Notes under the pieces: generated by a model
Seen by the model: the letters and a program-made list of their open reading frames with translations, nothing else
Databases searched by the model: none
Told to the model about the DNA's origin: nothing
Made by a program: the position numbers and the translations under genes
From: Escherichia phage vB_EcoS-CHD5UKE2
DNA length: 45,243 nucleotides
Strand: one strand, 5' to 3'
Sequence record: NC_073059.1
In this document: one piece after another, positions 17,448 to 24,606 of the stretch
How the letters are laid out: the number at the start of each line of letters is the position of its first letter
Position numbering within the stretch: the first letter of the stretch is position 1

Positions 17448-17640
17448 TGTTCAATCCTCTTGTTGGTGTGCAACCAATCTAGCAGGGTGCCAGGCTGAAT
17501 GCAACCAATATTAATCACGCGTATGAAAAAGCTGATCGCTATCTGCTGCAACTGCAAACTGCATTTTTCACTTCACATAACACAACTCGCATTGGTTGCC
17601 TAGTTCATCAACAACCGCGATTCACATCATGCTGCCGTAC

Positions 17641-17850
17641 ATTATGCAATCCCGGATTTTATGCAGTCTCAGACGAGGGGGGCCAACTGACCCCCGTCTA
17701 GTCTGAAAGACTGGGGTTTGTCCCGCCTGTCCCGCTCCCTCGCAAGCCGCGTAATCCGGGGCGGGACAGGGGTGCTGTCCCGCTTTGTCCCGCCCCCTGT
17801 CTGTCCCGCTTTTTGTCCCGCTTACTTTATGCAATAAAACTGCATAACTA
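17641..17850. repeat. Iteron-bearing structured element, copy B, between primase-helicase gene and the start of the late operon
   Basis: Same conserved blocks and hairpins as copy A, divergent central spacer; followed by AT-rich tttatgcaataaaactgcataactattcactatatttacac. Confidence 0.8.
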
Positions 17851-17927
17851 TTCACTATATTTACACTACACGGCAACCAATGCGACCAGCTAAAAACACT
17901 CAATTTGGCAACCAATGCGCGCAAAAT

Positions 17928-20189
17928 TTAATCTTTCAGGTCGTCATCGGTCGCTGAAAGCGTGATTGGGATATCCGATTTGATGACCAGATTCGACGAC
18001 CCATAGATGGCCCCGGTGTGTGGATCTGTATAAAAACCGAGCACGCCGCGCTCCACCATATCGTCGATTGCCTTCGTCGATGTGCCACCTTTCGCGAGTC
18101 CAGCCTGGCGGACAATTGCCGATTTACTGAATCCAGTATGGTCCGGGTTATCTTCCATCAGTTTCTCCAGTGCCGCATAAAGCACCTTCTCTTTTTCGTT
18201 GCGCGGTCCGGCGGTGTTCTCTTCCTTAACTGCTGCCTTGCCTGCGGCCTTCGCCTGTTCAATAGCGAACGGTGCCAGGGCGACCGGTACGAGGTAAAGA
18301 GTCTCGTCGCGTGGCGTGGATGCAATTGGCTTGACGTCCCAACCGGCAACCACATCGCCGAAGTCCGGACCGGTGCTGGTGGACTGGTGGGCTTCGAACG
18401 CCTCGGACTTACGGAGATCCACCTTCACCTTGCACTTGAGCAGGACGAAGCCACGCGGCGCTTGCTTAATCCCGTTACGGGATTTTTCGTGATACAGGTT
18501 GAGTTGGCCTGGCTGGTTGTCATCCGGCTGTTCCAGGAAGAACGCAGAATCAACAGCACCATGAAGCGCGCCGGACCCGCGTGGCGATCTGCTGCCGTTT
18601 GCGCCCTTAGCCGGGTGATGGATGACGCCCGCACTGCCACCTGTATTTTCCGCAATGGCCTTCAGCGCCTTGACCACTTCGCCCATATCGCTGGCGTTGT
18701 TCTCGTCGAACGGTTTGGCATCAGCGGACCGCAGCGCTACAGTCTGGTTGAGTGAGTCGAAGGCCACCAGGCCAACCGGCTCCCCGTTAGCGGTGCGGTT
18801 GATAAAGCTGATAACTTCGCGCAAGCCTGACTTGCTGGTAATATCCCAGCCGCGTGATTGCAGATCGACAATGTGCAGCTTGTCGAGGTCGTGCTCGTAT
18901 TTAATCTGCAATGCTTCCTTACGCTGGTTGGAGGCTTCGCCACCTTCCGCATCGAAATAGAAGTTATGGCACTGGACGACCTTCGCGCCACCAAACGGAA
19001 TACCGGCAGATACGGACGCCATCTGGCCCAGCACGTAGAACGACTTACCAATGTTCGACTCACCGGCAAGATACCAGGTCGATTTGAAGTTGACCAGGCC
19101 TTCGATGATCGGGTCGTGCTTACTGAATAGTGCAACAGGTTCGTTGTCCAGGTCAGCGTCGGTGCATTCGCCGTACTCGTCGCCGTCGCCGACCGCATCA
19201 ACAATATGTTCATAGCATGATTCCACTTCCTCGTCGTCCAGTCCCGGAAGGATGGCGGCGATTTGCTTGCGTGACATGTTGTGCGGTTCAACGTTCAAGT
19301 GGTCCGGGATACCGATCAGACGTAACGCCAGGTGCTGGTGTTTGTTCAGTTCGGAACAGCACTCGTTGCCGGTGTGCATACACTTGAAACGGATCTCGCC
19401 ATCCTTAACCATGATAGCCGTCGACCCGCCGCCGCTATGCAGGTGCTCGTTCGGGCACGGCACTTCATAACCGCGACCGGATGACAGTGGTTCAAAGCCA
19501 GCCTGGAAGCACCAGTCCAGAATCCCGTCCGCCACGCCATCGTCGCCCTGGGTCAGTTCGCGGCGTACTTCCTCTTTCTCCACTCCCAGCTTGTCAGCCA
19601 GGCGAAGCAGGCGACGGACACGGGCGCGCTTGCCAGGATGACACGACACGGTAGATCCGGAATGGGGGAGGAATTGCAGGTTGTTAACGTTTTTTGTGCA
19701 ATCATCAAACGGCACGTCTTCCAGCCCCAGGTGTTTCAATAGCGCGAACTGCGCACGGCCTAAATCGGAAACATCAACCGGTTTATCAGTGAGCACCAGG
19801 AAACGGGCGCAACGTGTGCCGCCCTTCAGCGGGTGGCGGTCGCCTGTAGTGGAGTAGTAGACGTGGGATAAGCCGGATTTGCGAAAGGCACGCTTAACGC
19901 GACCGAGGGTACGGTTGTCAGTGCGGTCCAGGTCATAGAACAGTACGGAACGGACACCTACTTCCGTAGCACGACGGCCTCGGCCTTTAGTGGTGGCGAC
20001 AATGCCTTCGGCCTTGCCTTTCACCTCGTCGTATTCTTTCTTAGTCTCGTCGCCGGTAATGGTTACGCTGGATAGCTCAACGGTATCCACGACGTATTCC
20101 ATAAACTCGGCTTCAGTCATAGAATGGTTTTTAACACGCTTGCCGTACTTACCACCAACGGTGCCGAACTCAATTAAATAGTTTTTCAT
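17928..20189 (-). CDS. DNA primase / replicative helicase (RecA-like ATPase domain)
   Basis: 753 aa; Walker A GESNIGKS in the C-terminal half; Cys/His cluster CPNEHLH...C in the N-terminal half. Confidence 0.6.
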   Translation of the reverse strand: MKNYLIEFGTVGGKYGKRVKNHSMTEAEFMEYVVDTVELSSVTITGDETKKEYDEVKGKAEGIVATTKGRGRRATEVGVRSVLFYDLDRTDNRTLGRVKRAFRKSGLSHVYYSTTGDRHPLKGGTRCARFLVLTDKPVDVSDLGRAQFALLKHLGLEDVPFDDCTKNVNNLQFLPHSGSTVSCHPGKRARVRRLLRLADKLGVEKEEVRRELTQGDDGVADGILDWCFQAGFEPLSSGRGYEVPCPNEHLHSGGGSTAIMVKDGEIRFKCMHTGNECCSELNKHQHLALRLIGIPDHLNVEPHNMSRKQIAAILPGLDDEEVESCYEHIVDAVGDGDEYGECTDADLDNEPVALFSKHDPIIEGLVNFKSTWYLAGESNIGKSFYVLGQMASVSAGIPFGGAKVVQCHNFYFDAEGGEASNQRKEALQIKYEHDLDKLHIVDLQSRGWDITSKSGLREVISFINRTANGEPVGLVAFDSLNQTVALRSADAKPFDENNASDMGEVVKALKAIAENTGGSAGVIHHPAKGANGSRSPRGSGALHGAVDSAFFLEQPDDNQPGQLNLYHEKSRNGIKQAPRGFVLLKCKVKVDLRKSEAFEAHQSTSTGPDFGDVVAGWDVKPIASTPRDETLYLVPVALAPFAIEQAKAAGKAAVKEENTAGPRNEKEKVLYAALEKLMEDNPDHTGFSKSAIVRQAGLAKGGTSTKAIDDMVERGVLGFYTDPHTGAIYGSSNLVIKSDIPITLSATDDDLKD

Positions 20190-20199
20190 TGTTGTCGTC

Positions 20200-20649
20200 T
20201 CATTTAGCCCACTGGCGAATAGTAGAACGGTTGATTCCGGTCATCTCAGCTATCTGATTCCATGATAGCCCTTCCTCGCGTAGCCGCTTAACGACCGGTG
20301 CATACTTCTCTCGGGCGAGGGTCATCTCGCGTGCCGCTTCTTCTGATTTGCGCACTGCCTCGATAGCGCCGCCTTTCAACAGGTCAAGCTCGGCTTGCAT
20401 ATTGTCTCGCTCGTCCGCAAGGCCGTTATACGACTGCATGTAAAAGGATAACTTGTCCATAAGGGCCGTGATTATGTCAGATGCCGTGGTCTTATCCATC
20501 GCCAGAATATCGGCAGCTTGCTCGGCGTGCGGGATCGGGTCTGCGCAAAAATCGCCGAAGGTGATAGTCTTTCCGTCGTCCCAGGAAAGGGCGATTTGGT
20601 GAGTCCATTTCGTATGGTTCCAGCGATTTAAGGTTTCGTTAGTGCTCAT
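20200..20649 (-). CDS. HTH transcriptional regulator (putative)
   Basis: 149 aa; C-terminal HTH-like LSWNQIAEMTGINRSTIRQWAK; first gene from a strong divergent promoter. Confidence 0.5.
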   Translation of the reverse strand: MSTNETLNRWNHTKWTHQIALSWDDGKTITFGDFCADPIPHAEQAADILAMDKTTASDIITALMDKLSFYMQSYNGLADERDNMQAELDLLKGGAIEAVRKSEEAAREMTLAREKYAPVVKRLREEGLSWNQIAEMTGINRSTIRQWAK

Positions 20650-20682
20650 TGTCTTGTCCCGTGTGTTAGTGGTGTAGGCCGC

Positions 20683-20711
20683 ATACTATGCCTAAAAATA
20701 AACGGTGTCAA
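20683..20711 (-). promoter_or_regulatory. Sigma70-like promoter for the regulator/primase operon
   Basis: Minus-strand reading TTGACA-N17-TAGTAT (near-consensus). Confidence 0.6.
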
Positions 20712-20827
20712 CTCCTTTTGTATATTGAACCGGGCGCGCACGCGTGTAATAATAATTCCCGTCTCATTGTCTCTTATTGGTTAGCGCCGTCGCATTTTGC
20801 CTCGGCGCTTTTTTTTGAAATTAGTTG

Positions 20828-20857
20828 TTGACACCCCGCCTGCAACCAATCTATTAT
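20828..20857 (+). promoter_or_regulatory. Sigma70-like early promoter for the plus-strand replication block
   Basis: -35 TTGACA (20828..20833), 18-bp spacer containing TGCAACCAAT, -10 TATTAT (20852..20857). Confidence 0.6.
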
Positions 20858-20917
20858 TCACCTCGTTGACGGGGCATACCGCACCGAACACTTAAATTAA
20901 CCAATCGGAGATATACC

Positions 20918-21433
20918 ATGTTTGAGCAAATCGTAAACCTGATCACACGCGGCGTTGTAGCACTGGAAACCATCGCTAAGCATTATGAAACTGCGGGCGC
21001 TGCCGTTGATAAACAGGAAGCGAAGAAAGCCCCGGCGAAGGGCAAGGCGAAAGAAGTAGTCGAAGATGACGATGCTGAAGACGAAGCACCGGCAAAGACC
21101 AAAAAAGCGCCCGCAAAGGGCAAGGCTAAGAAAGAAGCCGTAGAAGAAGACGACGACGCGGACGAGGAAGAAGCCCCGGCGAAATCTAAGAAAGCACCGG
21201 CGAAAGGTAAAGGCAAGAAAGATGCCGATCTGCTGAAAGAAATGCGCGACGAAATCAAGCAGTATGCCGCTATTATTGCGGGCGGTGATGACGACGACGC
21301 AAACGACGAATTTGATGATCTGCTGGAAGCGTTCGAAATTAAATCCGTTGCCAAGCTGGAAGATGACGACGTCGAAGACTTCCACAAAGATTTAAAAGAA
21401 ATCGTAGAAACGTATTTCGAATTAGAAGATTAA
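20918..21433 (+). CDS. Early protein with alternating Lys-rich (KKAPAKGKAKK) and acidic repeats
   Basis: RBS GGAG 7 nt before ATG; three APAKxKKAPAKGKxKK units separated by Asp/Glu runs; intrinsic terminator immediately downstream. Confidence 0.6.
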   Translation: MFEQIVNLITRGVVALETIAKHYETAGAAVDKQEAKKAPAKGKAKEVVEDDDAEDEAPAKTKKAPAKGKAKKEAVEEDDDADEEEAPAKSKKAPAKGKGKKDADLLKEMRDEIKQYAAIIAGGDDDDANDEFDDLLEAFEIKSVAKLEDDDVEDFHKDLKEIVETYFELED

Positions 21434-21441
21434 TATTATCC

Positions 21442-21468
21442 GGCCCGCTAATCTGCGGGCCTATTTTT
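21442..21468 (+). terminator. Rho-independent terminator after the first early gene
   Basis: Hairpin ggcccgc-taatct-gcgggcc followed by TATTTTT. Confidence 0.6.
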
Positions 21469-21481
21469 AGAGGACGAGACA

Positions 21482-21733
21482 ATGGCACGCTTCACGCTAA
21501 TCGAGGCGGTGGATTCACGCGACCAGCGCCCTTATTATTGGCTATTCGAACGTACCGGCAACTTTAAATCACGCGTTGCCGTAATAGATAAACGCCGCGA
21601 TAACCCCGCGCAAATTAAGCGCACCACATTTACTAACCCCGACTTCTATATTTGGGCGGACTCCAATCTGGAATATGTTCGCTTTGCCGTATCGTCGGAA
21701 GAAAAAGTAATTGACCGTTGGGAGACAAAATAA
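21482..21733 (+). CDS. Hypothetical protein
   Basis: 83 aa; RBS GAGGACGAG before ATG. Confidence 0.5.
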   Translation: MARFTLIEAVDSRDQRPYYWLFERTGNFKSRVAVIDKRRDNPAQIKRTTFTNPDFYIWADSNLEYVRFAVSSEEKVIDRWETK

Positions 21734-21921
21734 TGACTATATTCTTTGTTTTATTTCGCTGCCGTATTACCGGCGACGAGCAACCAGAAATTGTTATGAA
21801 TCAAAACTGGAATTGTTGCTGGACGCAAGCCCGCGGACTGGCATCAACCATGAACGAAGCCGCGAAGCGCGCCAATGTTAAACACGATTATTACATTGCT
21901 CAATTTTCAAGGGTGGAATAA
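21733..21921 (+). CDS. Hypothetical small protein
   Basis: ATG 21733 with RBS GGAGAC (ORF-track start 21718 is not ATG); 62 aa. Confidence 0.4.
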   Translation: MTIFFVLFRCRITGDEQPEIVMNQNWNCCWTQARGLASTMNEAAKRANVKHDYYIAQFSRVE

Positions 21922-23321
21922 TGGCTATTAAACCGAAGCGCAAAACGCAATCCGGCAGCAATACGGAGCACTCATTACTTGGGCCATCGGGATCTAAAAA
22001 ATGGATGGGGTGTCCTGCCGCCCTGGTAGTCGAAAAAGGTATCCCGAATGAGTCCGGGCAAGCGGCGATTAACGGTACGAGTATGCACACCGTATCTGAA
22101 GTAGTGTTAAACCGCATCATTGCCGGTGAGAAGAAGCTATCCGCGAAGACGTACAAAGGGTGCTACGTCGAGAACGAAGGTAAGGGACCGGTAAAGGCCC
22201 ACCCGAAAGCACCGAAAGGCGGCGTGCTGGTCAACGACGATATGGTGAAACAGTGCGATGCATACATCGACCACTGGCGACCGCTCCTTGAAGTGGCGGA
22301 GTTTGTACAGCTTGAAATGCGCGCCGATCTCACCCGCATCTTGCATCCAGGCTTCGAGATAGACGGCAACAAGGTGAAGACGTTCGGAACTGCCGATATG
22401 GTAATGGTCATGAAGAAGACCGACGGCACGTACATGCTGATTGTTGGCGACCTGAAGACCGGGCGACATAAGGTCGAGGCGAAAGAAAACAAACAGCTTA
22501 TGTTGTACGCGCTGGGCCTGCTGCGCAAGCTGCAAACCATGTACGACATTACAACCGTTCGCCTGGTAATCTTCCAGCCGTATTGCGGCGGGGCGTCGGA
22601 GTGGGATATTACCGTGGAAGCGCTGGAGATATTCGCGAAGTTTGCATCCAAGCGTGCTATTGACGCACTGGACGCGTATTCCCGCGGCAAGAAGGGGCTT
22701 ACCCGTGCCGACTTCCGACCGAGCGTTGATGCCTGTCAGTGGTGTAGATTTGCGGATCAGTGTAGTGCCCGCGCTAAGGCCGCCATCGACACGATGACCC
22801 CACCAACGGCAACAGACGACGACCTGGCGGACGAAGCACCGAAGGCTACCGATCGCGAAGCCCGGAAAGCGGCACGACGTGCGAAGCGTGGCAAGAAAGA
22901 AGAAGAAGCACCAGGCGCTATGAGCGCGGCGGAACTGCGCAAGGCATATGAAGGTCTTGACGCAATGCGCCAGCACATCAAGGCTATCGAGTCCGCGGTA
23001 TTCAAGGCCGTAATGGCGGGCGATGGCGAATCGCTGGGCCTCAAGATGGTTGCCGGTAAGGAAGGTAATCGCAAGTGGGCGGACGAAAGCGAAGTGATTG
23101 AAGTCTTCACGAAGGCCCGGATCAAGCGCGATGTGATGTACAAAGAAACATTGCTCAGTCCTACCGATGCCGAGAAGGTATTGAAGGACGAGAAACCGAA
23201 AGTGTGGGCGAAGTTGTGTGATAAAATCACGCGCGCCCCAGCTAAACCGGTATTGGCACCAATCGACGACCCGCGCCCCGCGTGGTCTGAAGCTACTGAT
23301 GAGGACTTAAGTAATGAATAA
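21921..23321 (+). CDS. PD-(D/E)xK exonuclease, Cas4/RecB-like
   Basis: 466 aa; nuclease core motifs GTADMVMV and GDLKTG...QLMLYALGL; Cys cluster CQWCRFADQC; Lys/Arg-rich C-terminal region. Confidence 0.55.
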   Translation: MAIKPKRKTQSGSNTEHSLLGPSGSKKWMGCPAALVVEKGIPNESGQAAINGTSMHTVSEVVLNRIIAGEKKLSAKTYKGCYVENEGKGPVKAHPKAPKGGVLVNDDMVKQCDAYIDHWRPLLEVAEFVQLEMRADLTRILHPGFEIDGNKVKTFGTADMVMVMKKTDGTYMLIVGDLKTGRHKVEAKENKQLMLYALGLLRKLQTMYDITTVRLVIFQPYCGGASEWDITVEALEIFAKFASKRAIDALDAYSRGKKGLTRADFRPSVDACQWCRFADQCSARAKAAIDTMTPPTATDDDLADEAPKATDREARKAARRAKRGKKEEEAPGAMSAAELRKAYEGLDAMRQHIKAIESAVFKAVMAGDGESLGLKMVAGKEGNRKWADESEVIEVFTKARIKRDVMYKETLLSPTDAEKVLKDEKPKVWAKLCDKITRAPAKPVLAPIDDPRPAWSEATDEDLSNE

Positions 23322-23556
23322 GGTGTTTGCATTCGTATTGATGATTATGCTCGGTGCGCTGGGCTTTATCCTGCATTGCGTGCAGGGCGTGTTAATGGTG
23401 GCCTGGATGATTCGCCATCCATCCCGCTGGCTGGACGATGGCTACAGTGACGTTGCCGTAGACTGGGTGTTAAAGCATAAAGACCGCCCGCCGTTAAGCT
23501 GGATCGAGAACGCCTCCGACTACGTGATCCGAAATCTTTTTAATAAAAGTGCTTGA
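23314..23556 (+). CDS. Small membrane protein
   Basis: 80 aa with two hydrophobic helices; start overlaps the exonuclease stop. Confidence 0.45.
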   Translation: MNKVFAFVLMIMLGALGFILHCVQGVLMVAWMIRHPSRWLDDGYSDVAVDWVLKHKDRPPLSWIENASDYVIRNLFNKSA

Positions 23557-23581
23557 CCGCTTAGGCGCAACCAAGTAAATT
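23553..23581 (+). promoter_or_regulatory. Sigma70-like promoter upstream of the SSB gene
   Basis: TTGACC-N17-TAAATT with two direct GCAACCAAG boxes (23567..23575, 23583..23591). Confidence 0.45.
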
Positions 23582-23645
23582 AGCAACCAAGCCGAACGGG
23601 GTGGCTCACAATAACCCCGATACATGCGAAATGAGGAAATGAAAA

Positions 23646-24377
23646 ATGGCTAAAGTCAACCTGAAAAACGTGCGCGTATGCTTCCTGAAAATTTGGGAAC
23701 GTGATACCCCTAAACAGGATGGACAAAAACCGGCATACCGTGCCGTGATTCTTCTTGATAAAGAAGATCCGCAGGTGGACAAAGTGGAAGCGGCAGCGCG
23801 CGCAGTGCTCACCGACAAGCTGAAATCCGAGAAGAACGCCGATAAGTGGATGGACCGCCACTACGCCCAGGATTCTAAGGAATGCGCAGTTCGCGACGGT
23901 GATGAGCGCGACGAAGTAACCGAAGAGTTTGAAGGCATGCTGTACATCAACGCCAAATCGTTCAAACAGCCTAACATCCAAACGTCACTGGGCGAGAAGC
24001 AGACCGAACAGGGTCTGACTATCGACGGCGACGAGATCGAAGGCCAGGAAATCTATTCCGGTTGTTATTGCAACGTGTCCCTGGATATTTGGGCGTGGAA
24101 CAACACCAACGGCAAAGGTCTAGGTGCGGGTTTGATGGGTCTTCGCTTCCGTGGTGATGGTGATTCCTTCGGTGGCGGCGGGTCTTCTTGTTCCGATGAC
24201 GACCTGGGCGACGATGACGAAGATGAAGCACCGCGCAAGGCTAAGAAGTCCAAACGTCGTGATGACGATGACGAAGACGAGGAAGACGAAAAACCTCGCA
24301 AGCGTCGCAAGTCCCGCGATGACGAAGATGAGGACGACGACGAAGACGAAGCACCACGTAAACGTCGCCGCCGTTAA
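23646..24377 (+). CDS. ssDNA-binding protein (T7 gp2.5-like / DUF2815-like), with alternating acidic/basic C-terminal repeat tail
   Basis: N-terminus MAKVNLKNVRVCF and YINAKS resemble the gp2.5-like family as I recall it; C-terminal 60 aa are three DDEDE...APRKRRK units; RBS GAGGAAATG. Confidence 0.45.
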   Translation: MAKVNLKNVRVCFLKIWERDTPKQDGQKPAYRAVILLDKEDPQVDKVEAAARAVLTDKLKSEKNADKWMDRHYAQDSKECAVRDGDERDEVTEEFEGMLYINAKSFKQPNIQTSLGEKQTEQGLTIDGDEIEGQEIYSGCYCNVSLDIWAWNNTNGKGLGAGLMGLRFRGDGDSFGGGGSSCSDDDLGDDDEDEAPRKAKKSKRRDDDDEDEEDEKPRKRRKSRDDEDEDDDEDEAPRKRRRR

Positions 24378-24395
24378 GGGCAAAGCCCACTATTC

Positions 24396-24419
24396 AAGCC
24401 CGCTTATTGCGGGCTTTTT
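24396..24419 (+). terminator. Rho-independent terminator after the SSB gene
   Basis: Hairpin aagcccgc-ttatt-gcgggctt followed by a T-tract. Confidence 0.6.
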
Positions 24420-24435
24420 ATTAGGACAATGAAAA

Positions 24436-24606
24436 ATGCGTATTAAAGCCAGTGAAGTAAAAGTCGGAATGCGTGTATGGTCCAAATTGCTGGGCGAGTA
24501 TTTTACCGTTGCCGAGATTCGCAACAACGGCGAAGAGATTGCCTTGTCGGATGGTATCTTCTCCATGATCGGCAGCGCTGACGCAGTAGTGAGGATAAAG
24601 CAATGA
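24436..24606 (+). CDS. 56-aa protein translationally coupled to the DNA polymerase, not in ORF track
   Basis: ATG 24436 after RBS AGGA; stop TGA overlaps the polymerase ATG (ATGA). Confidence 0.45.
   Translation: MRIKASEVKVGMRVWSKLLGEYFTVAEIRNNGEEIALSDGIFSMIGSADAVVRIKQ

Noticed and set aside
17450-17640. Possible tRNA or small RNA gene in the long non-coding stretches (17450..17930, 1..300, 20650..20917)
   Set aside because: No T-loop-like GTTCGAATC/GGTTCRA signature or cloverleaf found on manual inspection; the regions are better explained by promoters, operators and the iteron elements. A tRNAscan run would be definitive
17622-17924. 100-aa minus-strand ORF covering element copy B
   Set aside because: Starts with TTG 4 nt after the primase stop, has no RBS, and its sequence is the translation of the iteron repeats
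18018-18755. 245-aa plus-strand ORF antisense to the primase-helicase gene (and similar ORFs 18622..19470)
   Set aside because: Embedded antisense in a long, motif-bearing minus-strand gene; no RBS or operon context
22137-22976. 279-aa and neighbouring minus-strand ORFs antisense to the Cas4-like exonuclease
   Set aside because: Antisense shadow ORFs within a plus-strand operon of tightly coupled genes
24019-24432. Several ORFs in both strands across the 3' end of the SSB gene (for example 24065..24310, 24151..24432)
   Set aside because: Products of the GA/GC-rich tandem repeat that encodes the SSB charged tail; alternative frames of a repeat, not independent genes
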